Positions 12,001 to 27,900 are shown, counted from the first letter of the stretch. The stretch is 64,000 nucleotides of DNA from Bugula neritina (GCA_964035545.1 CAXIUT010000103.1:1-64000), one strand, 5' to 3'. The notes: generated from the sequence alone by a model not told the origin. Translations and numbers: made by a program.

Positions 12001-15000
12001 CTGCAGCGCCATTTCATAGTGTTATATTTTGCTAGAGCAATAACTAATTTTAGATGCCTTTGCAAACATATGAGAAATAAATGAGTCATTCTATGAAAAG
12101 AGGTGTTTGCAGCACTTGTCCACTTTTGATTTACACGCGGCATCGAAACTTTTGTAGTTTTAAATAATGTCTCCAAATTCATCACTTGCATGTGTTTAGA
12201 TACTTGATGAAAATGTTTATGCAAAATTTGATGCCTGCTTCAAAGACACCAGTGCTTAATTACTGTGTTAACTGTATTGGCACGTTGCCATGAGATATTT
12301 GGTAATATTTCGCATCACAACAAACTCTTCAGAAAGTTAAGAAAATCAGTCTAGAAAGTTAATGAAATAAACCTACCAGAGAGAGTAAGCCAGATGTAAC
12401 AAGTAGATCCAAAATAAGTTGATTAACAATTGAAGTTGAAGTCTCGATGTAGTCAACACTTTAGTCCTAACGTCAAATGCTAACGTCTGCAACCAAACTG
12501 TGAAGACTTCATGAGCTGGTTAGCTGACAGGACACATTAAAGTTCTTAACTCTTGTGTGTATAGTGATGCCCATCTTGAACTAGAGAGGGCTGACTGAAG
12601 ACTGCTACTTTGTGAAAATTGACAATGCATATTATTATTATTCATTGTTGAGATTCACGACTGCCATAAACAATGATAAAATATTCATTGTTGGTACTAC
12701 TGAGTAGAATAAAATATAATATAATATTATTTTCTGGACAGACAAATAATATCAAATGCATATTATAACTTACCATAAATCTACAGTGCTTCACATCTTC
12801 ACCTTTTTCTGCAATGTTATTTCTTTGCAGTTAGAAGTACTAGCTGAATATATGACTATGAAACATAACCCTTCAATTTCATTGCACCAGCACCAGTTGC
12901 AAGATAGGTGTGTTGGGAGTTATCTTTCCCAAAACTTTGTTCTTGGTGTTTATACGAAGCAGACACAGGCTAATATTAGTTTTGTTATTTGCAAGAGTAT
13001 TTCTGTCTGATTGTCCATCGGCAAAAGTTTGCGCCTTGCAGTTATTATGGAAATACCAGTGATGCTGGAAGACCTTTGCATTGTACACCCGCCTTGACTA
13101 TTGAGTTTAGATGTTTTATTTTCCCATCCCCTCTCCCGCCCCCCTGTCCCCTCTAACAACCGGCAATCCTGACTCATGTGAATTGTGTTATTGTTCTAGA
13201 GTTGGCCCATGGGCCTACAGTATACGATTTGAAGCTTTATAGTTTACAGGCAGTCGAGATGAGTCACTGCTGAAACCCATTTTATTAGTAGACTATATTG
13301 CTCTTCAATCATCAGTTTTCATATTAAAAGAGAAAGCTCATCTGCAGCGCCATTTCACAGTGTTATGTTTTGCTAGAGCAATAACTACTTTTAGATGCCT
13401 TTGCAAACATATGAGAAGTAAATGAGTCATTCTATGAAAAGAGGTGTTTGCAGCACTTGTCCACTTTTGATCTACACGCGGCATGGAAACTTTTGTAGTT
13501 TTAAATAATGTCTCCAAATTCATCACTTGCATGTGTTTAGATACTTGATGAAAATTTTTATGCAAAACTTGATGCCTGCTTCAAAGACACCAGTGCTTAA
13601 TTACTGTGTTAACTGTATTGGCACGTTGCCATGAGATATTTGGTAATATTTCGCATCACAACAAACTCTTCAGAAAGTTAAGAAAATCAGTCTAGAAAGT
13701 TAATGAAATAAACCTACCAGAGAGAGTAAGCCAGATGTAACAAGTAGATCCAAAACAAGTTGATTAACAATTGAAGTTGAAGTCTCCATGTAGTCAACAC
13801 TTTAGTCCTAACGTCAAATGCAAACGTCTGCAACCAAACTGTGAAGACTTCATGAGCTGGTTAGCTGACAGGACACATTAAAGTTCTTAACTCTTGTGTG
13901 TATAGTGATGCCCATCTTGAACTAGAGAGGGCTGACTGAAGACTGCTACTTTGTGAAAATTGACAATGCATATTATTGTTATTCATTGTTGAGATTCACG
14001 ACTGCCATAAACAATGATAAAATATTCTTTGTTGGTACTACTGAGTAAAATAAAATATAATATAATATTGTTTTCTGGACAGAAAAGTAATATCAAATGC
14101 ATATTATAACTTACCATAAATCTACAGTGCTTCACATCTTCACCTTTTTTTGCAATGTTATTTCTTTGCAGTTAGAAGTACTAGCTGAATATATGACTAT
14201 GAAACATAACCCTTCAATTTCATTGCACCAGCACCAGTTGCAAGATAGGTGTGTTGGGAGTTATCTTTCCTAAAAATTTGTTCTTGGTGTTTATACGAAG
14301 CAGACACAGGCTATTATTAGTTTTGTTATTTGCAAGAGTTTTTCTGTCTGATTGTCCATCAGCAAAAGTTTGCGCCTTGCAGTTATTATGGAAATACCAG
14401 TGATGCTGGAAGACCTTTGCATTGTACACCCGCCTTGACTATTGAATTTAGATGTTTTATTTTCCCATCCCCTCTCCCGCCCCCCTGTCCCCTCTAACAA
14501 CCGGCAATCTTGACTCATGTGAATTGTGTTATTGTTCTAGAGTTGGCCCATGGGCCTACAGTATACGATTTGAAGCTTTATAGTTTACAGGCAGTCGAGA
14601 TGAGTCACTGCTGAAACCCATTTTATTAGTAGACTATATTGCTCTTCAATCATCAGTTTTCATATTAAAAGAGAAAGCTCATCTGCAGCGCCATTTCACA
14701 GTGTTATGTTTTGCTAGAGCAATAACTACTTTTAGATGCCTTTGCAAACATATGAGAAGTAAATGAGTCATTCTATGAAAAGAGGTGTTTGCAGCACTTG
14801 TCCACTTTTGATCTACACGCGGCATGGAAACCTTTGTAGTTTTAAATAATGTCTCCAAATTCATCACTTGCATGTGTTTAGATACTTGATGAAAATTTTT
14901 ATGCAAAACTTGATGCCTGCTTCAAAGACACCAGTGCTTAATTACTGTGTTAACTGTATTGGCACGTTGCCATGAGATATTTGGTAATATTTCGCATCAC

Positions 15001-15899
15001 AACAAACTCTTCAGAAAGTTAAGAAAATCAGTCTAGAAAGTTAATGAAATAAACCTACCAGAGAGAGTAAGCCAGATGTAACAAGTAGATCCAAAACAAG
15101 TTGATTAACAATTGAAGTTGAAGTCTCCATGTAGTCAACACTTTAGTCCTAACGTCAAATGCAAACGTCTGCAACCAAACTGTGAAGACTTCATGAGCTG
15201 GTTAGCTGACAGGACACATTAAAGTTCTTAACTCTTGTGTGTATAGGGATGCCCATCTTGAACTAGAGAGGGCTGACTGAAGACTGCTACTTTGTGAAAA
15301 TTGACAATGCATATTATTGTTATTCATTGTTGAGATTCACGACTGCCATAAACAATGATAAAACATTCTTTGTTGGTACTACTGAGTAAAATAAAATATA
15401 ATATAATATTGTTTTCTGGACAGAAAAGTAATATCAAATGCATATTATAACTTACCATAAATCTACAGTGCTTCACATCTTCACCTTTTTTTGCAATGTT
15501 ATTTCTTTGCAGTTAGAAGTACTAGCTGAATATATGACTATGAAACATAACCCTTCAATTTCATTGCACCAGCACCAGTTGCAAGATAGGTGTGTTGGGA
15601 GTTATCTTTCCTAAAAATTTGTTCTTGGTGTTTATACGAAGCAGACACAGGCTATTATTAGTTTTGTTATTTGCAAGAGTTTTTCTGTCTGATTGTCCAT
15701 CAGCAAAAGTTTGCGCCTTGCAGTTATTATGGAAATACACGTGATGCTGGAAGACCTTTGCATTGTACACCCGCCTTGACTATTGAATTTAGATGTTTTA
15801 TTTTCCCATCCCTTCTCCCGCCCCCCTGTCCCCTCTAACAACCGGCAATCCTGACTCATGTGAATTGTGTTATTGTTCTAGAGTTGGCCCATGGGCCTA

Positions 15900-18800
15900 C
15901 AGTATACGATTTGAAGCTTTATAGTTTACAGGCAGTCGAGATGAGTCACTGCTGAAACCCATTTTATTAGTAGACTATATTGCTCTTCAATCATCAGTTT
16001 TCATATTAAAAGAGAAAGCTCATCTGCAGCGCCATTTCACAGTGTTATGTTTTGCTAGAGCAATAACTACTTTTAGATGCCTTTGCAAACATATGAGAAG
16101 TAAATGAGTCATTCTATGAAAAGAGGTGTTTGCAGCACTTGTCCACTTTTGATCTACACGCGGCATGGAAACTTTTGTAGTTTTAAATAATGTCTCCAAA
16201 TTCATCACTTGCATGTGTTTAGATACTTGATGAAAATTTTTATGCAAAACTTGATGCCTGCTTCAAAGACACCAGTGCTTAATTACTGTGTTAACTGTAT
16301 TGGCACGTTGCCATGAGATATTTGGTAATATTTCGCATCACAACAAACTCTTCAGAAAGTTAAGAAAATCAGTCTAGAAAGTTAATGAAATAAACCTACC
16401 AGAGAGAGTAAGCCAGATGTAACAAGTAGATCCAAAACAAGTTGATTAACAATTGAAGTTGAAGTCTCCATGTAGTCAACACTTTAGTCCTAACGTCAAA
16501 TGCAAACGTCTGCAACCAAACTGTGAAGACTTCATGAGCTGGTTAGCTGACAGGACACATTAAAGTTCTTAACTCTTGTGTGTATAGCGATGCCCATCTT
16601 GAACTAGAGAGGGCTGACTGAAGACTGCTACTTTGTGAAAATTGACAATGCATATTATTGTTATTCATTGTTGAGATTCACGACTGCCATAAACAATGAT
16701 AAAATATTCTTTGTTGGTACTACTGAGTAAAATAAAATATAATATAATATTGTTTTCTGGACAGAAAAGTAATATCAAATGCATATTATAACTTACCATA
16801 AATCTACAGTGCTTCACATCTTCACCTTTTTTTGCAATGTTATTTCTTTGCAGTTAGAAGTACTAGCTGAATATATGACTATGAAACATAACCCTTCAAT
16901 TTCATTGCACCAGCACCAGTTGCAAGATAGGTGTATTGAGAGTTATCTTTCCCAAAATTTTGTTCTTGGTGTTTATACGAAGCAGACACAGGCTAATATT
17001 AGTTTTGTTATTTGCAAGAGTTTTTCTGTCTGATTGTCCATCAGCAAAAGTTTGCGCCTTGCAGTTATTATGGAAATACCAGTGATGCTGGAAGACCTTT
17101 GCATTGTACACCCGCCTTGACTATTGAATTTAGATGTTTTATTTTCCCATCCCTTCTCCCGCCCCCCTGTCCCCTCTAACAACCGGCAATCCTGACTCAT
17201 GTGAATTGTGTTATTGTTCTAGAGTTGGCCCATGGGCCTACAGTATACGATTTGAAGCTTTATAGTTTACAGGCAGTCGAGATGAGTCACTGCTGAAACC
17301 CATTTTATTAGTAGACTATATTGCTCTTCAATCATCAGTTTTCATATTAAAAGAGAAAGCTCATCTGCAGCGCCATTTCACAGTGTTATATTTCGCCAGA
17401 GCAATAACTAATTTTAGATGCCTTTGCAAACATATGAGAAATAAATGAGTCATTCTATGAAAAGAGGTGTTTGCAGCACTTGTCCACTTTTGATTTACAA
17501 GCGGCATGGAAACTTTTGTAGTTTTAAATAATGTCTCCAAATTCATCACTTGCATGTGTTTAGATACTTGATTAAAATTTTTATGCAAAACTTGATGCCT
17601 GCTTCAAAGACACCAGTGCATAATTACTGTGTTAACTGTATTGGCACGCTGCCATGAGAAATTTGGTAATATTTCGCATCACAACAAACTCTTCAGAAAG
17701 TTAAGAAAATCAGTCTAGAAAGTTAATGAAATAAACCTACCAGAGAGAATAAGCCAGATGTAACAAGTAGATCCAAAACAAGTTGATTAACAATTGAAGT
17801 TGAAATCTCCATGTAGTCAACACTTTAGTCCTAATGTCAAATGCAAACGTCTGCAACCAAACTGTGTAGACTTCATGAGCTGGTTAGCTGACAGGACTCA
17901 TTAAAGTTCTTAACTCTTGTGTGTATAGTGATGCCCATCTTGAACTAGAGAGGGCTGACTGAAGACTGCTACTTTGTGAAAATTGACAATGCATATTATT
18001 GTTATTCATTGTTGAGATTCACGACTGCCATAAACAATGATAAAATATTCATTGTTGGTACTACTGAGTAGAATAAAATATAATATAATATTTTCTTGAC
18101 AGATAAATAATATCATATACAGAATCTAACTTACCATAAATCTACAGTCCTTCACATCTTCACCTTTTTCTGCAATGTTATTTCTTTGCAGTTAGAAGTA
18201 CTAGCTGAATATATGACTATGAAACATAACCCTTCAATTTCATTGCACCAGCACCAGTTGCAAGATAGGTGTGTTGGGAGTTATCTTTCCCAAAATTTTG
18301 TTCTTGGTGTTTATACGAAGCAGACACAAGCTAATATTAGTTTTGTTATTTGCAAGAGTTTTTCTGTCTGATTGTCCATCGGCAAAAGTTTGCGCCTTGC
18401 AGTTATTATGGAAATACCAGTGATGCTGGAAGACCTTTGCATTGTACACCAGCCTTTACTATTGAATTTAGATGTTTTAGTTTCCCATCCCCTCTCCCGC
18501 CCCCCTGTCCCCTCTAACAACCGGCAATCCTGACTCATGTGAATTGTGTTATTGTTCTAGAGTTGGCCCATGGGCCTACAGTATACGATTTGAAGCTTTA
18601 TAGTTTACAGGCAGTCGAGATGAGTCACTGCTGAAACCCATTTTATTAGTAGACTATATTGCTCTTCAATCATCAGTTTTCATATTAAAAGAGAAAGCTC
18701 ATCTGCAGCGCCATTTCACAGTGTTATGTTTTGCTAGAGCAATAACTACTTTTAGATGCCTTTGCAAACATATGAGAAGTAAATGAGTCATTCTATGAAA

Positions 18801-21800
18801 AGAGGTGTTTGCAGCACTTGTCCACTTTTGATCTACACGCGGCATGGAAACTTTTGTAGTTTTAAATAATGTCTCCAAATTCATCACTTGCATGTGTTTA
18901 GATACTTGATGAAAATTTTTATGCAAAACTTGATGCCTGCTTCAAAGACACCAGTGCTTAATTACTGTGTTAACTGTATTGGCACGTTGCCATGAGATAT
19001 TTGGTAATATTTCGCATCACAACAAACTCTTCAGAAAGTTAAGAAAATCAGTCTAGAAAGTTAATGAAATAAACCTACCAGAGAGAGTAAGCCAGATGTA
19101 ACAAGTAGATCCAAAACAAGTTGATTAACAATTGAAGTTGAAGTCTCCATGTAGTCAACACTTTAGTCCTAACGTCAAATGCAAACGTCTGCAACCAAAC
19201 TGTGAAGACTTCATGAGCTGGTTAGCTGACAGGACACATTAAAGTTCTTAACTCTTGTGTGTATAGCGATGCCCATCTTGAACTAGAGAGGGCTGACTGA
19301 AGACTGCTACTTTGTGAAAATTGACAATGCATATTATTGTTATTCATTGTTGAGATTCACGACTGCCATAAACAATGATAAAATATTCTTTGTTGGTACT
19401 ACTGAGTAAAATAAAATATAATATAATATTGTTTTCTGGACAGAAAAGTAATATCAAATGCATATTATAACTTACCATAAATCTACAGTGCTTCACATCT
19501 TCACCTTTTTTTGCAATGTTATTTCTTTGCAGTTAGAAGTACTAGCTGAATATATGACTATGAAACATAACCCTTCAATTTCATTGCACCAGCACCAGTT
19601 GCAAGATAGGTGTATTGAGAGTTATCTTTCCCAAAATTTTGTTCTTGGTGTTTATACGAAGCAGACACAGGCTAATATTAGTTTTGTTAATTGCAAGAGT
19701 TTTTCTGTCTGATTGTCCATCAGCAAAAGTTTGCGCCTTGCAGTTATTATGGAAATACCAGTGATGCTGGAAGACCTTTGCATTGTACACCCGCCTTGAC
19801 TATTGAATTTAGATGTTTTATTTTCCCATCCCTTCTCCCGCCCCCCTGTCCCCTCTAACAACCGGCAATCCTGACTCATGTGAATTGTGTTATTGTTCTA
19901 GAGTTGGCCCATGGGCCTACAGTATACGATTTGAAGCTTTATAGTTTACAGGCAGTCGAGATGAGTCACTGCTGAAACCCATTTTATTAGTAGACTATAT
20001 TGCTCTTCAATCATCAGTTTTCATATTAAAAGAGAAAGCTCATCTGCAGCGCCATTTCACAGTGTTATATTTCGCCAGAGCAATAACTAATTTTAGATGC
20101 CTTTGCAAACATATGAGAAATAAATGAGTCATTCTATGAAAAGAGGTGTTTGCAGCACTTGTCCACTTTTGATTTACAAGCGGCATGGAAACTTTTGTAG
20201 TTTTAAATAATGTCTCCAAATTCATCACTTGCATGTGTTTAGATACTTGATTAAAATTTTTATGCAAAACTTGATGCCTGCTTCAAAGACACCAGTGCAT
20301 AATTACTGTGTTAACTGTATTGGCACGCTGCCATGAGAAATTTGGTAATATTTCGCATCACAACAAACTCTTCAGAAAGTTAAGAAAATCAGTCTAGAAA
20401 GTTAATGAAATAAACCTACCAGAGAGAATAAGCCAGATGTAACAAGTAGATCCAAAACAAGTTGATTAACAATTGAAGTTGAAATCTCCATGTAGTCAAC
20501 ACTTTAGTCCTAATGTCAAATGCAAACGTCTGCAACCAAACTGTGTAGACTTCATGAGCTGGTTAGCTGACAGGACTCATTAAAGTTCTTAACTCTTGTG
20601 TGTATAGTGATGCCCATCTTGAACTAGAGAGGGCTGACTGAAGACTGCTACTTTGTGAAAATTGACAATGCATATTATTGTTATTCATTGTTGAGATTCA
20701 CGACTGCCATAAACAATGATAAAATATTCATTGTTGGTACTACTGAGTAGAATAAAATATAATATAATATTTTCTTGACAGATAAATAATATCATATACA
20801 GAATCTAACTTACCATAAATCTACAGTGCTTCACATCTTCACCTTTTTCTGCAATGTTATTCCTTTGCAGTTAGAAGTACTAGCTGAATATATGACTATG
20901 AAACATAACCCTTCAATTTCATTGCACCAGCACCAGTTGCAAGATAGGTGTGTTGGGAGTTATCTTTCCCAAAATTTTGTTCTTGGTGTTTATACGAAGC
21001 AGACACAGGCTAATATTAGTTTTGTTATTTGCAAGAGTTTTTCTGTCTGATTGTCCATCGGCAAAAGTTTGCGCCTTGCAGTTATTATGGAAATACCAGT
21101 GATGCTGGAAGACCTTTGCATTGTACACCAGCCTTTACTATTGAATTTAGATGTTTTAGTTTCCCATCCCCTCTCCCGCCCCCCTGTCCCCTCTAACAAC
21201 CGGCAATCCTGACTCATGTGAATTGTGTTATTGTTCTAGAGTTGGCCCATGGGCCTACAGTATACGATTTGAAGCTTTATAGTTTACAGGCAGTCGAGAT
21301 GAGTCACTGCTGAAACCCATTTTATTAGTAGACTATATTGCTCTTCAATCATCAGTTTTCATATTAAAAGAGAACGCTCATCTGCAGCGCCATTTCACAG
21401 TGTTATGTTTTGCTAGAGCAATAACTACTTTTAGATGCCTTTGCAAACATATGAGAAGTAAATGAGTCATTCTATGAAAAGAGGTGTTTGCAGCACTTGT
21501 CCACTTTTGATCTACACGCGGCATGGAAACTTTTGTAGTTTTAAATAATGTCTCCAAATTCATCACTTGCATGTGTTTAGATACTTGATGAAAATTTTTA
21601 TGCAAAACTTGATGCCTGCTTCAAAGACACCAGTGCTTAATTACTGTGTTAACTGTATTGGCACGTTGCCATGAGATATTTGGTAATATTTCGCATCACA
21701 ACAAACTCTTCAGAAAGTTAAGAAAATCAGTCTAGAAAGTTAATGAAATAAACCTACCAGAGAGAGTAAGCCAGATGTAACAAGTAGATCCAAAACAAGT

Positions 21801-21900
21801 TGATTAACAATTGAAGTTGAAGTCTCCATGTAGTCAACACTTTAGTCCTAACGTCAAATGCAAACGTCTGCAACCAAACTGTGAAGACTTCATGAGCTGG
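15900..21900. repeat. 2-mer higher-order repeat, period 2679 bp (1341+1338), 2 copies
   Basis: Private variant TAGCGA at 16585 and 19264, MHKNFN allele at 17361 and 20040, and the 3-bp-deleted allele near 18090 and 20769. Confidence 0.9.
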
Positions 21901-24900
21901 TTAGCTGACAGGACACATTAAAGTTCTTAACTCTTGTGTGTATAGTGATGCCCATCTTGAACTAGAGAGGGCTGACTGAAGACTGCTACTTTGTGAAAAT
22001 TGACAATGCATATTATTATTATTCATTGTTGAGATTCACGACTGCCATAAACAATGATAAAATATTCTTTGTTGGTACTACTGAGTAAAATAAAATATAA
22101 TATAATATTGTTTTCTGGACAGAAAAGTAATATCAAATGCATATTATAACTTACCATAAATCTACAGTGCTTCACATCTTCACCTTTTTTTGCAATGTTA
22201 TTTCTTTGCAGTTAGAAGTACTAGCTGAATATATGACTATGAAACATAACCCTTCAATTTCATTGCACCAGCACCAGTTGCAAGATAGGTGTGTTGGGAG
22301 TTATCTTTCCTAAAAATTTGTTCTTGGTGTTTATACGAAGCAGACACAGGCTATTATTAGTTTTGTTATTTGCAAGAGTTTTTCTGTCTGATTGTCCATC
22401 AGCAAAAGTTTGCGCCTTGCAGTTATTATGGAAATACCAGTGATGCTGGAAGACCTTTGCATTGTACACCCGCCTTGACTATTGAATTTAGATGTTTTAT
22501 TTTCCCATCCCCTCTCCCGCCCCCCTGCCCCCTCTAACAACCGGCAATCCTGACTCATGTGAATTGTGTTATTGTTCTAGAGTTGGCCCATGGGCCTACA
22601 ATATACGATTTGAAGCTTTATAGTTTACAGGCAGTAGAGATGAGTCACTGCTGAAACTCATTTTATTAGTAGACTATATTGCTCTTCAATAATCAGTTTT
22701 CATATTAAAAGAGAAAGCTCATCTGCAGCGCCATTTCACAGTGTTATGTTTTGCTAGAGCAATAACTACTTTTAGATGCCTTTGCAAACATATGAGAAAT
22801 AAATGAGTCATTCTATGAAAAGAGGTGTTTGCAGCACTTGTCCACTTTTGATTTACACGCGGCATCGAAACTTTTGTAGTTTTAAATAATGTCTCCAAAT
22901 TCATCACTTGCATGTGTTTAGATACTTGATGAAAATGTTTATGCAAAATTTGATGCCTGCTTCAAAGACACCAGTGCTTAATTACTGTGTTAACTGTATT
23001 GGCACGTTGCCATGAGATATTTGGTAATATTTCGCATCACAACAAACTCTTCAGAAAGTTAAGAAAATCAGTCTAGAAAGTTAATGAAATAAACCTACCA
23101 GAGAGAGTAAGCCAGATGTAACAAGTAGATCCAAAACAAGTTGATTAACAATTGAAGTTGAAGTCTCGATGTAGTCAACACTTTAGTCCTAACGTCAAAT
23201 TCAAACGTCTGCAACCAAACTGTGTAGACTTCATGAGCTGGTTAGCTGACAGGACAGATTAAAGTTCTTAACTCTTGTGTGTATAGTGATGCCCATCTTG
23301 AACTAGAGAGGGCTGACTGAAGACTGCTACTTTGTGAAAATTGACAATGCATATTATTATTATTCATTGTTGAGATTCACGACTGCCATAAACAATGATA
23401 AAATATTCATTGTTGGTACTACTGAGTAGAATAAAATATAATATAATATTATTTGCTGGAAAGATAAATAACATCAAATGCATATTATAACTTACCATAA
23501 ATCTACAGTGCTTCACATCTTCACCTTTTTCTGCAATGTTATTTCTTTGCAGTTAGAAGTACTAGCTGAATATATGACTATGAAACATAACCCTTCAATT
23601 TCATTGCACCAGCACCAGTTGCAAGATAGGTGTATTGAGAGTTATCTTTCCCAAAATTTTGTTCTTGGTGTTTATACGAAGCAGACACAGGCTAATATTA
23701 GTTTTGTTATTTGCAAGAGTTTTTCTGTCTGATTGTCCATCAGCAAAAGTTTGCGCCTTGCAGTTATTATGGAAATACCAGTGATGCTGGAAGACCTTTG
23801 CATTGTACACCCGCCTTTACTATTGAATTTAGATATTTTATTTTCCCATCCCCTCTCCCGCCCCCCTGTCCCCTCTAACAACCGGCAATCCTGACTCATG
23901 TGAATTGTGTTATTGTTCTAGAGTTGGCCCATGGGCCTACAGTATACGATTTGAAGCTTTATAGTTTACAGGCAGTCGAGATGAGTCACTGCTGAAACCC
24001 ATTTTATTAGTAGACTATATTGCTCTTCAATCATCAGTTTTCATATTAAAACAGAAAGCTCATCTGCAGCGCCATTTCACAGTGTTATATTTTGCTAGAG
24101 CAATAACTATTTTTAGATGCCTTTGCAAACATATGAGAAATAAATGAGTCATTCTATGAAAAGAGGTGTTTGCAGCACTTGTCCACTTTTGATTTACACG
24201 CGGCATCGAAACTTTTGTAGTTTTAAATAATGTCTCCAAATTCATCACTTGCATGTGTTTAGATACTTGATGAAAATGTTTATGCAAAATTTGATGCCTG
24301 CTTCAAAGACACCAGTGCTTAATTACTGTGTTAACTGTATTGGCACGTTGCCATGAGATATTTGGTAATATTTCGCATCACAACAAACTCTTCAGAAAGT
24401 TAAGAAAATCAGTCTAGAAAGTTAATGAAATAAACCTACCAGAGAGAGTAAGCCAGATGTAACAAGTAGATCCAAAACAAGTTGATTAACAATTGAAGTT
24501 GAAGTCTCGATGTAGTCAACACTTTAGTCCTAACGTCAAATGCTAACGTCTGCAACCAAACTGTGAAGACTTCATGAGCTGGTTAGCTGACAGGACACAT
24601 TAAAGTTCTTAACTCTTGTGTGTATAGTGATGCCCATCTTGAACTAGAGAGGGCTGACTGAAGACTGCTACTTTGTGAGAATTGACAATGCATATTATTA
24701 TTATTCATTGTTGAGATTCACGACTGCCATAAACAATGTTAAAATATTCATTGTTGGTACGACTGAGTAGAATAAAATATAATATAATATTGTTTTCTGG
24801 ACAGAAAAGTAATATCAAATGCATATTATAACTTACCATAAATCTACAGTGCTTCACATCTTCACCTTTTCCTGCAATTTTATTTCTTTGCAGTTAGAAG

Positions 24901-27900
24901 TAGTAGCTGAATATATGACGATGAAACATAACCCTTCAATTTCATTGCACCAGCACCAGTTGCAAGATAGGTGTGTTGGGAGTTATCTTTCCTAAAATTT
25001 TGTTCTTGGTGTTTATACGAAGCAGACACAGGCTAATATTAGTTTTGTTATTTGCAAGAGTATTTCTGTCTGATTGTCCATCGGCAAAAGTTTGCGCCTT
25101 GCAGTTATTATGGAAATACCAGTGATGCTGGAAGACCTTTGCATTGTACACCCGCCTTGACTATTGAATTTAGATGTTTTATTTTCCCATCCCCTCTCCC
25201 GCCCCCCTGTCCCCTCTAACAACCGGCAATCCTGACTCATGTGAATTGTGTTATTGTTCTAGAGTTGGCCCATGGGCCTACAGTATACGATTTGAAGCTT
25301 TATAGTTTACAGGCAGTCGAGATGAGTCACTGCTGAAACCCATTTTATTAGTAGACTATATTGCTCTTCAATCATCAGTTTTCATATTAAAAGAGAAAGC
25401 TCATCTGCAGCGCCATTTCACAGTGTTATGTTTTGCTAGAGCTATAACTACTTTTAGATGCCTTTGCAAACATATGAGAAGTAAATGAGTCATTCTATGA
25501 AAAGAGGTGTTTGCAGCACTTGTCCACTTTTGATCTACACGCGGCATGGAAACTTTTGTAGTTTTAAATAATGTCTCCAAATTCATCACTTGCATGTGTT
25601 TAGATACTTGATGAAAATTTTTATGCAAAACTTGATGCCTGCTTCAAAGACACCAGTGCTTAATTACTGTGTTAACTGTATTGGCACGTTGCCATGAGAT
25701 ATTTGGTAATATTTCGCATCACAACAAACTCTTCAGAAAGTTAAGAAAATCAGTCTAGAAAGTTAATGAAATAAACCTACCAGAGAGAGTAAGCCAGATG
25801 TAACAAGTAGATCCAAAACAAGTTGATTAACAATTGAAGTTGAAGTCTCCATGTAGTCAACACTTTAGTCCTAACGTCAAATGCAAACGTCTGCAACCAA
25901 ACTGTGAAGACTTCATGAGCTGGTTAGCTGACAGGACACATTAAAGTTCTTAACTCTTGTGTGTATAGTGATGCCCATCTTGAACTAGAGAGGGCTGACT
26001 GAAGACTGCTACTTTGTGAAAATTGACAATGCATATTATTATTATTCATTGTTGAGATTCACGACTGCCATAAACAATGATAAAATATTCTTTGTTGGTA
26101 CTACTGAGTAAAATAAAATATAATATAATATTGTTTTCTGGACAGAAAAGTAATATCAAATGCATATTATAACTTACCATAAATCTACAGTGCTTCACAT
26201 CTTCACCTTTTTTTGCAATGTTATTTCTTTGCAGTTAGAAGTACTAGCTGAATATATGACTATGAAACATAACCCTTCAATTTCATTGCACCAGCACCAG
26301 TTGCAAGATAGGTGTGTTGGGAGTTATCTTTCCTAAAAATTTGTTCTTGGTGTTTATACGAAGCAGACACAGGCTATTATTAGTTTTGTTATTTGCAAGA
26401 GTTTTTCTGTCTGATTGTCCATCAGCAAAAGTTTGCGCCTTGCAGTTATTATGGAAATACCAGTGATGCTGGAAGACCTTTGCATTGTACACCCGCCTTG
26501 ACTATTGAATTTAGATGTTTTATTTTCCCATCCCCTCTCCCGCCCCCCTGCCCCCTCTAACAACCGGCAATCCTGACTCATGTGAATTGTGTTATTGTTC
26601 TAGAGTTGGCCCATGGGCCTACAATATACGATTTGAAGCTTTATAGTTTACAGGCAGTAGAGATGAGTCACTGCTGAAACTCATTTTATTAGTAGACTAT
26701 ATTGCTCTTCAATAATCAGTTTTCATATTAAAAGAGAAAGCTCATCTGCAGCGCCATTTCACAGTGTTATGTTTTGCTAGAGCAATAACTACTTTTAGAT
26801 GCCTTTGCAAACATATGAGAAATAAATGAGTCATTCTATGAAAAGAGGTGTTTGCAGCACTTGTCCACTTTTGATTTACACGCGGCATCGAAACTTTTGT
26901 AGTTTTAAATAATGTCTCCAAATTCATCACTTGCATGTGTTTAGATACTTGATGAAAATGTTTATGCAAAATTTGATGCCTGCTTCAAAGACACCAGTGC
27001 TTAATTACTGTGTTAACTGTATTGGCACGTTGCCATGAGATATTTGGTAATATTTCGCATCACAACAAACTCTTCAGAAAGTTAAGAAAATCAGTCTAGA
27101 AAGTTAATGAAATAAACCTACCAGAGAGAGTAAGCCAGATGTAACAAGTAGATCCAAAACAAGTTGATTAACAATTGAAGTTGAAGTCTCGATGTAGTCA
27201 ACACTTTAGTCCTAACGTCAAATTCAAACGTCTGCAACCAAACTGTGTAGACTTCATGAGCTGGTTAGCTGACAGGACAGATTAAAGTTCTTAACTCTTG
27301 TGTGTATAGTGATGCCCATCTTGAACTAGAGAGGGCTGACTGAAGACTGCTACTTTGTGAAAATTGACAATGCATATTATTATTATTCATTGTTGAGATT
27401 CACGACTGCCATAAACAATGATAAAATATTCATTGTTGGTACTACTGAGTAGAATAAAATATAATATAATATTATTTGCTGGAAAGATAAATAACATCAA
27501 ATGCATATTATAACTTACCATAAATCTACAGTGCTTCACATCTTCACCTTTTTCTGCAATGTTATTTCTTTGCAGTTAGAAGTACTAGCTGAATATATGA
27601 CTATGAAACATAACCCTTCAATTTCATTGCACCAGCACCAGTTGCAAGATAGGTGTATTGAGAGTTATCTTTCCCAAAATTTTGTTCTTGGTGTTTATAC
27701 GAAGCAGACACAGGCTAATATTAGTTTTGTTATTTGCAAGAGTTTTTCTGTCTGATTGTCCATCAGCAAAAGTTTGCGCCTTGCAGTTATTATGGAAATA
27801 CCAGTGATGCTGGAAGACCTTTGCATTGTACACCCGCCTTTACTATTGAATTTAGATATTTTATTTTCCCATCCCCTCTCCCGCCCCCCTGTCCCCTCTA

